Below, piece after piece: positions 1-12,854 of a DNA stretch of 64,000 bases; the first letter of the stretch is position 1; each line of letters opens with the position of its first letter. A program made the translations under genes and the position numbers. Under the pieces are notes generated by a model that did no database searches, was not told the DNA's origin, and saw nothing but the letters and a program-made list of their open reading frames with translations. Source of the DNA: Macrostomum lignano (lineage: Eukaryota); contig NIVC01000019.1 in assembly GCA_002269645.1 (NCBI GenBank), positions 1,364,001-1,428,000 on the forward strand, given 5' to 3'.

Positions 1-390
1 ACAATCAGTGACATTTGACTGCCTGTGAGAATTGACAATCAGTGACATTTGACTGCCTGTGAGAATTGACAATCAGTGACATTTGATTGCCTGTGAGAAT
101 TGACAATCGGTGACATTTGATTGCCTGTGAGAATTGACAATCAGTGACATTTGACTGCCTGTGAGAATTGACAATCAGTGACATTTGACTGCCTGTGAGA
201 ATTGACAATCAGTGACATTTGACTGCCTGTGAGAATTGACAATCAGTGACATTTGACTGCCTGTGAGAATTGACAATCAGTGACATTTGACTGCCTGTGA
301 GAATTGACAATCAGTGACATTTGACTGCCTGTGAGAATTGACAATCAGTGACATTTGACTGCCTGTGAGAATTGACAATCAGCGACATTT
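1..390. repeat. 34-bp minisatellite (ACAATCAGTGACATTTGACTGCCTGTGAGAATTG)n, runs off the window start
   Basis: About 11 near-identical tandem units read directly. Confidence 0.95.
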
Positions 391-872
391 GACTGTCAGT
401 GACATCTGACTGCCCTGCCTCTGTAGCTCCATGTACCTGCACAGTGCAGTGGTGTTGGAACTCACTGAGCCATTTATCAACGTACTTGTATATCAATGCT
501 GAGTCAATGAAAATCACATCAGCGCTTTTGCAGTTCTGCTCTGCCTAAGGGGATAAGGTACAGGTCTATAGATTGGCACGAATTTCTGGCTACATCGGAT
601 TGCAAACAGAGAACTCAGAATCAGACTAAAAATATCCCACAAATGAATACAACACTGTAACAGCACAGCTGCCCCGGGGGACAAGCAAGGTGCCATTGCA
701 TTCTCGAACAAATTTGATTATGCCCAAGATTAACTAGACCAATCGGATGTCAAGGGGACTTGTCACTTACGCTCTATATTGCTACTTGTGACACTCTTAT
801 CAGTAGTACGATACGATGAATCCGGTTTTTAACTTTAGGCAAACAAAATATTCATATCCCTAGACATTACAG

Positions 873-2341
873 CCCCATAAAGACAGGACTCCAATACAGT
901 CTGATAAAGACAGGAACGACTCCGATACAGCCAGATAAATACAGGGACTTCAATACAGCCAGATAAAGACAGGAAGAAGTCCAATACAGCCAGATAGACA
1001 GGAAGGACTCCGGTACAGCCAGATCAAGACAGGAACGACTCCAATACAGCCAGATCAAGACAGGAAGGACTCCAATTCAGTCTGATAAAGACAGGAAGGA
1101 CTCCGGTACAGCCAGATCAAGACAGGGACTTCAATACAGCCAGATAAAGACAGGAAGGACTTCAATACAGCCAGATCAAGACAGGGACTTCAATACAGCC
1201 AGATCAAGACAGGGACTTCAATACAGCCTGATAGACAGGAAGGACGCCAATACAGCCAGATAAAGACAGGAAGGACTCCAATACAGCCAGATCAAGACAG
1301 GAAGGACTCCAATTCAGTCTGATAAAGACAGGAAGGACTCCGGTACAGCCAGATAAATACAGGGACTTCAATACAGCCAGATAAAGACAGGAAGGACTCC
1401 AATACAGCCAGATCAAGACAGGAAGGACTCCAATACAGCCAGATCAAGACAGGAAGGACTTCAATACAGCCAGATCAAGACAGGAAGGACTTCAATACAG
1501 CCAGATTAAGACAGGAAGGACTCCAATTCAGTCTGATAAAGACAGGAAGGACTCCCGTACAGCCAGATCAATACAGGGACTTCAATACAGCCAGATAAAA
1601 ACAGGAAGGACTCCAATACAGCCTGATAGAGACACGAAGGACTCCAATACAGCCTGATAGACAGGAAGGACTCCATTACAGCCAGATCAAGACAGGGACT
1701 TCAATACAGCCAGATAAAGACAGGAAGGACTCCAATACAGCCAGATCAAGACAGGAAGGACTCCAATACAGCCAGATCAAGACAGGAAGGACTTCAATAC
1801 AGCCAGATCAAGACAGGAAGGACTTCAATACAGCCAGATTAAGACAGGAAGGACTCCAATTCAGTCTGATAAAGACAGGAAGGACTCCCGTACAGCCAGA
1901 TCAATACAGGGACTTCAATACAGCCAGATAAAAACAGGAAGGACTCCAATACAGCCTGATAGAGACACGAAGGACTCCAATACAGCCTGATAGACAGGAA
2001 GGACTCCAATACAGCCTGATAGAGACACGAAGGACTCCAATACAGCCTGATAGACAGGAAGGACTCCCGTACAGCCAGATCAATACAGGGACTTCAATAA
2101 AGCCAGATAAAAACAGGAAGGACTCCAATACAGCCTGATAGAGACACGAAGGACTCCAATACAGCCTGATAGACAGGAAGGACTCCAATACAGCCTGATA
2201 GACAGGAAGGACTCCAATACAGCCTGATAGAGACACGAAGGACTCCAATACAGCCTGATAGACAGGAAGGACTCCGATACAGTGATAGAGACAGGAAGGA
2301 CTCCGATACAGAGTGATAGAGACAGGATGGACTCCGATAAA
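873..2341. repeat. About 31-bp variable minisatellite (CCAATACAGCCAGATAAAGACAGGAAGGACT)n
   Basis: Tandem units with recurring length and sequence variants. Confidence 0.93.
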
Positions 2342-2807
2342 GCCCAAAATATATCATAAACCATGGAACTTTAGACTACAGATAGATCTGAATATAACCA
2401 GCTGAGATATTACAATAAAATAACGAAGTCAAACGCAACTAGCATTCAAGAGAAGCACAATTTATAGATTTTTTTAATCCAAGATCGAACAGGAACTCCG
2501 TGCGCAGATCAATTCACTGAACTGGTCGCGCCGCGGAGACGAACGAAAGACGCAAAAACAGCTCACTGGCCTCTGTTTCTTCCTCTGATCTCTCCTCTCC
2601 AGTCAGCATTGATGCGTTTATTTCCTTTCAAACAGAAGATAATTATTAAATTGAACAATAATTACAGTCAATCAGACACAATACCAGAACCCCAGTCTAA
2701 ACAGAATTTATTGGCGACAAAATCACCCAGCGCATACGGCTACTATCAGTAGCATTGAATGTTTATTAAATGTCAATTTAATTGTATCAATACTCGCAAA
2801 GATCAAA

Positions 2808-2947
2808 TCAGTAGGTTTTATTTCTGAACGAGCAGCCCTCGGTCAGTCGGGCCTTGCCGCCAGTTGGCTGGCACAGAACAGTGCTGCAGCCGGCGCACAC
2901 AACCACAGTCTGGGCGTGCGAGAACACCGTGGTGATTTTCAGGCAGC
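2808..2947 (-). CDS. RPS27: 40S ribosomal protein S27, coding exon 2 (last)
   Basis: Reverse complement reads cag|GC TGC CTG AAA... = (G)[45 protein letters not shown]; AATAAA at 2762-2767 on the minus strand. Confidence 0.97.
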
Positions 2948-3114
2948 CTGCGAATTGGGACAGCGGTGGTTCACTGATCAGTTTGTTGGGCTTAATGTAT
3001 TAGTGTGGCATAACTTTGCCTTGTTGCTTTCTCCATGGCGGCTCCAAAACTCTATGCATTCTGGCAGTGAGTTTGCATCTTCTCAAGCTCTAAAATTATA
3101 TTTGGCACTCGCAC

Positions 3115-3960
3115 AAACCCGGTGAATACGGTACTCAGGCCAAGAAGCGTCCCAGGAGGCCGTAGCCCAGCGGTAGCGCAGCTGCTCTGGTGTGCCAGCG
3201 ACCCAGGCTCGATTCCAAGTGCAGTCACATTAATTTGGGGCTGAATTGGAATCTCGGCTTGGCTCTGCTCGTGCAATTAACGGCCTTGAGAGCCAACCCC
3301 CCAAGGCGCAGTGAAGTGTACATGCCTAACGATAAAAATAAAGTTAGGGCCGCTGTACACTCCTGTGTGAGTGCGTGCCTGCGTACGTATCTGCGCGCTT
3401 GTATGCCTGCTCAGGGGAGTCGGCGGAATGGGCAGTAATGCCTCTCGCCGGTTATGTGCCTATGTCGCTTAAAGTGCGCCAGGGTGCACACAACCCCCCT
3501 GCCTCTAATAAATAAGAAGCGTCCCAGAGTCAACTTGCGGTCCCCGCAGAGTGGTGTTGCAGGTAACAACAGGTAAAATATGAAAGAAGTGACTCCAGAC
3601 GACTCTAAAACAACGTGATGTTACGGTACAAGTCGCCAAAAATCGTCAAAGAGTCGCCTAAGAGTTAAGTTGAGGCGTTTTGGTTGTCGGCGACTCTGAA
3701 CGAGGCGTGCTGGAGTCGCTGCAGAATCACTGAGTTGCGTCTAAAGCGCATCTGCGTACCTTTGTAAATTAGAATCGCATTTCGCATTCATAACAACTCT
3801 ATTTAGTCTACTTAAGTCAGTAGTAAGTTAAGCGCTAACACAACTCTTGGATGACTGTTTTGCACTCGTGACTCAACAGTAGCCTCTAAATCGCATTAGA
3901 GTCGTTTGAGTCGTTACAGACAAAGCAGATTCTACAGTTAGGATTCAGCTGGAAAGCCAA
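3115..3960 (+). mobile_element. Interspersed non-coding element rich in GAGTCG/CGACTC motifs (host of the SINE), in the RPS27 intron
   Basis: Homologous in reverse orientation to about 20715-21225. Confidence 0.65.
3156..3513 (+). mobile_element. tRNA-derived SINE, full length, with 14-bp target-site duplication
   Basis: Pol III A-box-like TAGCCCAGCGG and B-box-like GGCTCGATTCC in the head; A-rich tail CTCTAATAAAT; AAGAAGCGTCCCAG at both 3142-3155 and 3514-3527; other copies in the window. Confidence 0.85.
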
Positions 3961-3969
3961 CTGTCTCAC

Positions 3970-4084
3970 CTGGACACTTCACATCCATGAAGCAGGAGTT
4001 TGGCGATTGAACCAAACGCTTCTTCTTGTGCTTTCGCTTCTCCTGGGACATCGATGGGTGCAGCAGATCCCTTGCTAGAGGCAT
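3970..4084 (-). CDS. RPS27: 40S ribosomal protein S27, coding exon 1
   Basis: [39 protein letters not shown]|gtgag; phase 1 joins exon 2 to give an 84-aa protein with the C2-C2 zinc ribbon. Confidence 0.97.
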
Positions 4085-5075
4085 GGCTTACAATGGCTTT
4101 ATTTCGACTTTTAGCTGTGGAATGAGTGTACACAATGCTAGTTTTAATTAGAATCATGGCAACTGACAGTGGCATATGTAATGCACAGATTCTTTAAATG
4201 ATTATTTAAATGGTCTTGTGCAGCATTAGGCCTATTAGTAAAAAAGCATTTTGAAAACTTCAAATACAATTTTTCTCATTTTTGGCTGATTAGATGGCTT
4301 AGTTAAACCATGTTTTGGAAACAAAAAAAACCTTTTGCATAGAAATAATGTGTTATAAATATTTTTTGGTACAATAAATTGTTATCTTTTAAAAGCTTAA
4401 CATGATATATTAGTATGGGGTCCAGTGCAACAATTGAAAAAACTAGAAATTTACCCATGGTCATTTTTTAAAAATGTCACTTGTGAAAAATGGGTATTAG
4501 GAAAATATAAGTAAATGTATATTTAAATAGGAATAGGTATAGGTTTTTAATTAGAACACAATATTTTAGTCTGATAGAAAGAAAATACTTTATTATAATT
4601 ATATAACATCTTCAATTTTTTACATTTTTTGTCACTAAAATTTTGGCCATCGTTAAGTGTACTACACTAAATTATTTACAATTTTCCCAAACTTTTCAGC
4701 CAATTTGGTGATAGTCCATTGACTGGAAGACCTATTATAGTACCAATTTCTTTTATACCTCAAGCTAACCTAAGGCCTGCAGCTGAGCTTTGTGGCATTG
4801 ATATTACCCTATGTGAACTGGTGCTACTCACATCAGACAGCATGGCAACAATTTGCTAGCTTGCCACATTAAAACTGCTAAATTCTAGGGTCTATAGACA
4901 ATGCCCAGAAGCTCTAATGAAAGGATTGCTATACTGAAATAGAGCCCAATTTGTTGATGGCTGTCTGGGAATGTCCTATCTGCATGACATAGAAAGCCAT
5001 TACAATGGGCAGCTTTTTTTAGGGCAGCAATCTTATTATCACCTAGCTACTAGATCTACTCTATCGTTGGGCCTA

Positions 5076-5131
5076 GGGGGGCCGTAGCCCAGCGGTAGCG
5101 CAGCTGCTCTGGTGTGCCAGCGACTCAGGCT
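5076..5131 (+). mobile_element. SINE head fragment (same family as 3156-3513)
   Basis: GGCCGTAGCCCAGCGGTAGCGCAGCTGCTCTGGTGTGCCAGCGAC matches the head of the 3156 copy. Confidence 0.8.
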
Positions 5132-6331
5132 TGCAAAACTTGCAAACATGCAAACATGAAAACTTGCAAACATGCAACACAGAATATTAACTTTTGAACC
5201 AAATATAGGCATAGTGCTAATTAGATAATGAGACATTTAAACCTTATAATGCAACCATAGTTATTCTTACCATTTTAAACAAAATTAGATAATTTTTGCT
5301 TAGGTTTTTTATAGGTAAATCATATCTTTGGTCAAAAAGTAAGTTATACAGCCAGTGTAAATCAAGGGGATTGCGCATGTATATAATCTAGAGCAAGAAG
5401 CTGGGTCATCCAAATGTGCTAATGTTAAGATCATTGATAAGACTATAGTATTGATAAAGGTTAGTGTCAGCTTTGAAGCAAAGAATTGGTGTTGGTACAA
5501 AGTTAACCTTTAGCAATTGTACTTTTCATAGATATTGTTAGTTAGGCCTTTATAAATTTAAATCTTTACTTTTAAAAAATGAGCAAATTGTAGAATTGCT
5601 AAAAGAATAAGAATATCAGTTCCATTTATTTCTTTTTTCAATGACTTTAGTAATTTGCTCAACCAATATGATGTTTGTCACCTATAAAATTTACATAATA
5701 TTCTAACACTTATACATGTGCAATCTTAAGAATCACCTAGCTATCTTTTGGCAATACCTACACATAAGTTATTATTGGCTGAGAGCAGTCACATGACTAC
5801 TATTCTATCCAATAGCAACCTACATGGATATGTTGCCAATAGAAATGGCCAAATTAATTCTTAGGTTATACCTAAGCATGCTAATATTATGCTGTTTGTA
5901 TTGTTGATTTTTGATTTCTGGTATAGTTTAATTATTTAAATCCTATAGTAAAAGATTGAATTAAATGATACAAAATATATTTTGCAAGATGCTAGATAAA
6001 AAAATTGGTTGCATTAAAATCAGAATGATTTCTGGCTATTTCCATACATCATAGCTATAAAAATATTTTTAAGAGATTTATTCAATAAAACTAACTTAAT
6101 AACAGTTTTTATTCCTGCTATCTTCTGCTCACAAGACAAAAAGATTTTCTAACATACTGGCCTCTAAGTCTAAGGGCCTTATTATGAGTGTGAGGCTTTT
6201 TTCTCCAAATCTCTCTATGCCACAAATTATTCAAGGCAGTGTATTTTATAGTCAAGCAAGCAAAAGTAGTTTAGTTGACAAAATGAAGAGCAATGCATAA
6301 TTTAACTTAAACCAAAAGTTCCCAAGCCTAA

Positions 6332-6900
6332 TCTCTACATATAAAAATCAAAACTCTGTCTGTCTGTCTGTGTGTGGACAATTTTGATCGCTATGGACTC
6401 CCAAACCGCTCAACCAAATGACACCAAACTTTACACCCACCCTTAACTTACTACGGAGAATGTCTTAGGCTACCTTTTAATTTCCTAGACTCAAGTCTTC
6501 CTACCTAAAAGTACAAAAAACTGCGCAAAATGCGCAATTTTTTCACTAAATCCTCCGTAGCGCCGCTCCACTTCTACCGATTCTCTTCAAATTTGACACA
6601 GGCAATTTTCAACTATTTTGACACAATTGTGTAAAATTTCAAATTTCAAAGTTAATCCTGAAAGCCGCTGTGCACTTTTAAAGTTAGGCTGTTTTTTTCA
6701 GCGTAGCAACCACCCCAACCTCTGCCTGCCTGCCTCTTTCCTGATCTGGGCAAAGGGTGTGAATAGGTTTTAAAATGCCTAACTTTCGGCTGCCATAGTT
6801 TTGCTCAACTTGAAGCAATTGACTTCAAATTTGACACAATTCTTTATTGACTCATTCTCTGCCTACATGTAAAGTCTCAACTCTGTATCTCAATCAGGAC
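6332..6900 (+). mobile_element. Putative non-autonomous Helitron-like (Lep1/HINE-type) element; 3' end not defined
   Basis: 5' TCTCTACATATAAAAAT, a (TCTG)n seed, then ...AAACCGCTCAACCAAAT...AAACTT and repeated CAAATTTGACACA modules; pattern recalled from such families. Confidence 0.4.
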
Positions 6901-7474
6901 AGAAACTGTAAGCATGTGAAGTTTGTCTGCTTCACTGTTTGCCGCTCACTTACTCATTCCCCCAGCCCAGACGAAGGGTCAGGCGATAGGGCTCAATGTA
7001 CATAGCGAATGTACAGTGTTTTGGAATAACTTTTTAATAGCCTTCTCTGTACCCCCCCCCCGCGAGTGGAGAGGCATGGAGAGGAGAGAGTTTAGCAAGA
7101 GATTCAATTTCAAACCACTGTCCTCTGAATAGACAAGTCTGCAGCAGTTAAACAAGGATGGCAAATCAAGGCGATGTGGGATGGTTTGTAAAAATATCGA
7201 AAAATTAATAACTGATTACAATGCAATCCTACTAAATTAGTTACACCATGAAAATTTTAACATTAAGATTCGCATAAGGTACTTTAAAATTTAAATGGCC
7301 TTCTAAGAAATGCGTATTTCCATGGTTGTTAGACTGCTGCAGACTGTGGTGGTGGAGCTGGAGATATACAAATTCCTCTCAGGGCTGCTAATTGACCAGA
7401 AAGATGACGTGATTAAAGCATGAGAAATGATAACAACCATGATAGTACTACATCCCACAAACTGGCTTTCAAAG

Positions 7475-9116
7475 CAGGGATCGGCAGATTTTTATCTCAA
7501 AGGCCAGATAAAGAATCCAGCTCATGGGTACGGGCCAGATAAGAGTGAAAAGGAAAAGGAATAGACTATTAGAAAGGGAGGAGGGGCGAGAGGGGATAAA
7601 AGAAAAGATAGAAGATAACAGGAGAGACGTACGAGGAGGTTGAGGAGAGAGCAGATAATATGGGATGAAGAAGCGAGAGGAAGGGAGAGAGAAGGGAGAG
7701 GAAATAGTAGAGGTGAGAAGATGGAGAGAGAAGAAGGGAGAGCTGAGACAGAGGATCGATGAGAGAGGAGAGTAGAGAAGAGTGAGAAGAGAATAGAGAA
7801 TAGAGAACAGAGAGGAGTGAGAAGAGAGAAGATAGAGATAAGAGAGAGAGAGAGAGTTAAGAAAGAAGAGAGGACAAAGGAGAGATTATAGAGTAAAGGG
7901 AAGAGGAGGAAAGAGGAAAGAGATGAGATTGTAGAGATGAGTGAGATGAAAGGAAATATGAGAGAGTAGAGTAGAGATGAGAGATGAAGGAAGAGAGAGC
8001 AGAGTGCAGAGAGACGAGAAAAGAGAATAGAGGGGGAAGAGTATAGAAGAGGGAAGAGAAGAGAGGAGTAAGGAAAGAGAGGAGTCAGAAGAGGGGAAAG
8101 AGAAGAGTACACAGTAGAGAGGAGAGTAGAGTTGACAGAAGAGAGAGGGGAATGAGAGAGCAAAGATGAGAGTGAACAGACGATATAAGAGAGGAGAGAG
8201 GAGAGTGAGAGAGAAGAGAGAAGACAAGAGAGGGAGAGAGTATAGAAGAGAGAAGAGAAGAGATGAGAAGAAAGAAGAAAGGATCGAGTCCTCCTGAGTC
8301 AAAAAGGGGAAAGAGAGGAGTACAAGGGGAGAGAGGTGAGAGAACATATGAGAGTAAAGATGACAGATAAGAGAGGGGAGATGAGAGAGCGGAAACGAGA
8401 ATAAACAGACGAGAGATGGGAAAGTAGAGAGAAAAGAGGAGAGATAAGAAATAAGGGATGAGAGGTGGAGACAAGGGAGAGATGAGAAGTGAGTGAGGAG
8501 AGAGGAGGGGAAGGGAGAGAATCGAGAGGACAGGGGAAACTGGTGAAAAGGATGAGAGAGGAGAGGAAAGAGGGGAGAGAAGAGAGAGAAGAGAGATAGG
8601 ATAGGAGAGAGCAGAGAGATGAGAGGAGAGAGTGGACAGAGGAGAGGAAAGAGTTGAGAGAAGAGAGGAAAAAGGAGAGAGTAGAGATATGGAAAGTGTT
8701 GAGAGAGGGTACAGTAAGGAGTGAGAAGAGGTGAGGGAAGAGAGAGCAGAGAGCAGAGAGCAGAGGGAAGAGAGAGTAGAGAGCAGAAAGAAATGAGAAA
8801 AGATAAAACAGGAGAAAGGAGATATGAGAGACCAGAGACCAGAGCGAAGAGAGGAGAAGAGAGAGAAAAGAATAGAGGGGAGAGGGAAGAGATGAGAGAA
8901 GAGACGAGAGAGGAGAGAAGAAAGAAGAGATAAGAGGGGAGAGAGAGAAGAGATGAGAGAAGAGAGAAGAAAGAAGAGATAACTCAGATAAGAGGGGATA
9001 GAGAGAAGAGACAAGAGAGAAGATAGGAAACAGAAAAGAAGATGAAGTTTCAAAGGATGCAAAGGACATAGGGAGAGGCAGAGGTACATAGAGGCCAGAG
9101 TTTGCCTGACATTCTG
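7475..9116. mobile_element. Degenerate hAT-type MITE containing about 1.5 kb of purine-rich (GA) low-complexity sequence (about 7535-9085)
   Basis: Left end CAGGGATCGGCAG; right end GAGTTTGCCTGACATTCTG (imperfect inverse); no TSD seen. Confidence 0.5.
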
Positions 9117-10736
9117 CGCAGTACCCCAATATCAATGTTTGCCTCAAATCCTAATTTTACATGAATTTACACTATTTTATGTTTAACTCTAATCCTAACT
9201 ATTAACAAGGGAACAAGTTTTTGTTTGAGTTTTACCTCAGATTTTAGAATATATGCAAAAACAATTCCAGGGAATGGAGTTCCCCGGGTTCAAAATCCGC
9301 GGGTTTCAACAGCTTGTCAATCTATACAAATACAATTAGCATATAAAAATCATTAAGTTTATATTTGGCAGTCTCTATGTACATAGTTACTAATGTTCAG
9401 CTATAGCTATGGCTACAGGATATGCCTATAGTAGATAGCTGCTTTTATAGCTAGAACTATGGAAATATGGTAGTTGTTGTCACATTCCATAGATTCCCAT
9501 AGCTGTAATCATTAATTTCAAAAAATAAAAAATATTAGAAACAAAAAGTAAAACAAAGTCAATGATACTTAAATAAACTGTATTATAGACTTAGAAACTT
9601 ATAGTTTATACCTAATAATGTACAATAAAACACTAGCAAACATTAACTTTTATTAATATGAAAAAGTTTAATATTAGTATTTTCAGTAGCAATTAAGTAT
9701 TGTTACCCTACTTTGTAAAAAGGATGAAATATAATTTTACAAAGCAATCAAGTGTTTATTTTACTTTTTTCTTTAATTTGCAATTGTTTAAGTACCACTA
9801 CCAGGTTATCTTCTTGATTCAAAATATTTTGTTTCCTAGACTAATTCCTAATTCTTTCCTAGAGAATTAGAATAAGCCATAGTTTTGCTTATAGTTTTAT
9901 GGCTATGGCAAATGGACCCCCTTCCTTACTATGGAACACTAATAGTTACAGTAGGCCTAGCTAAATTTTGATCAGAAGGAATAGCTCCCAGCGTTTCTAA
10001 AAATGAAAAATTAAATTAAAAAACTAGGTTTAATTTTTCTAAGCTAAAAGTAAAACAAAAATAGTTTAAAAAACTCATTTTATACAGTTTAGCAAAAAGT
10101 TACTTGTTTTTACTCATTGACATTAATTTATTAAATATTGAAAGTTTAAATTTAAAAAGTTAAAACTTGAAGCAGTTAAAATTGGTTGTAATTTATAATT
10201 TTTATTTTGGCATATTTTTGTATGCAATAAAAAGTTTGTTGGCATACATTGGCATTTTGCAGCCATTGGTCTTGGTTGCAAGGCTTTCTAATATTTCGTT
10301 TAAAATATCGCCACATTGCACACGGCATACACATATATGCTAGACGTTCTGACGGCGCAGCAGCACAGCTCGCCGTGCTTCCGTCTAAGCGCCATATTTT
10401 AGTTGCTGTATCACCGACTAGACGGTCGTCAGTAGGGTGGTTAAAGATCTCGTGAGAGTTTATTTATTCAAGGATTTTGCATTGCACAATGAAAATGCAA
10501 GAAGGTAAAAAAAAATTCGCTTTATTAGTTATCCGCAAAATAGCAGATATTAGTTGTTAAAAAAATACCGTCATTTGGGAAAGAGGTGGTTTCGTTAACT
10601 GTTTGGAATGCTTTTATTTTGCTTAACTACTTCAAGCCTTAACGCTACATTTTTCCGGACGGACTGTCAAGTGCTGCACATGACGCTAGCGCAATCAAAA
10701 GCCGGCGAAGCAATATATCCAAAAACTAAAAATTCT

Positions 10737-10845
10737 TACACTAAGAGCACTTGCATTCTCATTTTGCAATGCAATGCTGTAAATAAATTTTTACACTAAG
10801 AACACTTGCATTCTCATTGGTAATGCAATGCTGTAAATAAACAAA
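10737..10845. repeat. Two tandem copies of about 55 bp
   Basis: TTACACTAAGA(G/A)CACTTGCATTCTCATT...GCAATGCTGTAAATAAA twice. Confidence 0.85.
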
Positions 10846-11620
10846 AAATAAAGCAACAAAAAGCGGGATTTACGTACACTACATATAATGTAAAATGGTC
10901 CGATTTTATCGCCGCTACAGTAATGACAAATAATATATTTGTTGTGATCGAGTTATCGAGATTGCCATCGAGGTAGATTGTCTCAACACAGTGTTGTGGC
11001 GACATGTGTTGACAGTTGGCCTGTCTAATAAACGGCATTCGAACATGCGCGATGTACGCCTTATAGGCCAATCGAAACATGTTAGGGCTGTATCAAACAA
11101 TATTTAGCACAATTAGAAATTCTCTAAACGCTTTCTCTGATCTGACATCTTATTAATAGATCTTTTAAAAAACTAGAAAAAGGTCAGTAGGTAGAAATAA
11201 TTAGATTATTTTATTCTAAATTAAATATGCGTGTATGCATTTTTTAGGGTTAGGCAAGTGTGTTTCTTATTTGTTTAAACATTATCAACTTCAAACAAAA
11301 TTCAAGTTGAGTCGTTTTCTTACTTATTTAAATTGCCATCTAACTTTGCCGTGCAATTAACAAATAAACCTGGACTTCGTCGTGACATTGTAATTATAAT
11401 TTTAACTTTTTATAAATTCAACTCTGATATTTTGCCTCGAATTAAAAATCCTGCATACATTTGGCATTTTCAGGTTCGACATTGGTGTGCACATATAATA
11501 GTGTACATAAATGACCAAGTTCATTAGTTTAGCCTTCAAGTTTGGTATAACTATAGTGTAGCGTGTGTAGGGTGTAGCAAAATTTTAATCAGTTTTTTAT
11601 AAATAGAAATCCTATATAAT

Positions 11621-11866
11621 CAGTAGGGCAACCAGAAATTTTTAGACTGGGGTGGATTCTGGAGGGTAAAGTCCTGGGAAGGGGGTGGAGAGGTAGCTCT
11701 GTTTTTGGCAAAAACTTGCTTTAAAAATTGGGTAATAATATATTTATTTATTATTCAAAAAGGAGTAAAGGACTACTTTAAAGTGATAAATACAGTTTGA
11801 TTTTTTTGGGTCTCCACCTAAGGGGGGGGGGCAACCACCCCACCCCTTGTTTGCATTGTGCCACTG
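11621..11866. mobile_element. Degenerate hAT-type MITE (CAGTRG termini)
   Basis: Starts CAGTAGGGCAACCAG, ends GTGCCACTG; internal G-run/C-run subterminal pattern like the 12591 element. Confidence 0.45.
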
Positions 11867-12590
11867 ATATAACTTTTAAAGAAAATAAAAGTTAAAGAAA
11901 GAATAAAAACTTCTAAAAAAATAAACATTAAAAATATTAAGTCAGACTCTTATTTAAAATATTTAATTTTATTTTCACTTTTAGTTTAATTTTTTATTTA
12001 AATTTATATTAGCATTGAATTAAAAAAACTAGAATTTTCCATTTTTCTTTTAGACTAGGCCTATGATAAAATAGCAAAAATAGAATATAATGGCTTTTTT
12101 TAGAAGACTTTATACCCTAAATAAGCTACAATAATATTAATAGGCCTAGCCTAGGCCTATGATAGTTTTATTGCCTTAAAAAATAGCTCTAAAGCCTGAC
12201 AGACTCAGATTAGTCCTAGCATAGGGGCCCCAGGTTGTGGATAGTTTGCAAGTATGCCGGAACTTATCATAGCCACCCTAAGTCCTTGGTATACTAAGGG
12301 GCCTAGCTAAGTAGGGCCTATGCCATTGGCAAGTGCTACTAAATGCAGAAGCTAAACAAGTATTTTTAAATATATAAAAAAACAAAATAGTATAGGCCTA
12401 GCTAAAATATCTTGCCCAATTGTGGCCAATCAATATAATTGAAAATTTATTCTAAAAGGGATTTGGTTAGATAAAGTTTTTAATTAATTCATATATGGGC
12501 AACATATGGCAAAGCTAGCTAGTCTTATAGAGCTTGCCAACCTGGCTAGTGGCAGTTGATAATTGACAGTTTTTAAAAGCAAAATCCTAT

Positions 12591-12854
12591 CAATGGCATA
12601 ACCAAGATAGGAGGCAAGGGGGCTGTGGCCCCTCCCCCCTAATTGCCTGGGGGGTAGGATTAGGCGCAGCGGATACTAAAAACCAGGAGGCAATTGAGTC
12701 TCTGCAGCGTCAAAATGAGTGTTTGTGGCACCAAATAAGTGCCTATGGCACCAAAATGAGTACCTATGACATCAAAAGTGGCAATGGTATAAGGCATGGC
12801 TAGCCAGACCAACTTGGGCCCCCCTCCCGATTGAAATTCCTGGCTACACTACTG
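12591..12854. mobile_element. hAT-type MITE with 8-bp TSD
   Basis: TIRs CAATGGCATAACCAAG / CCTGGCTACACTACTG; flanks AATCCTAT and AGTCCTAT (7/8 identical). Confidence 0.75.

Noticed and set aside
430-800. Minus-strand ORF 514-711 and nearby donor-like sites
   Set aside because: No recognisable family and no consistent exon model
873-2341. Regularly spaced repeats resembling a CRISPR array (also 28.8, 43.3 and 51 kb)
   Set aside because: No unique spacers, units are contiguous, no cas genes, eukaryotic context
7522-9147. Leu/Ser/Phe-rich ORFs of 150-330 aa
   Set aside because: Reverse complement of a GA-rich low-complexity tract
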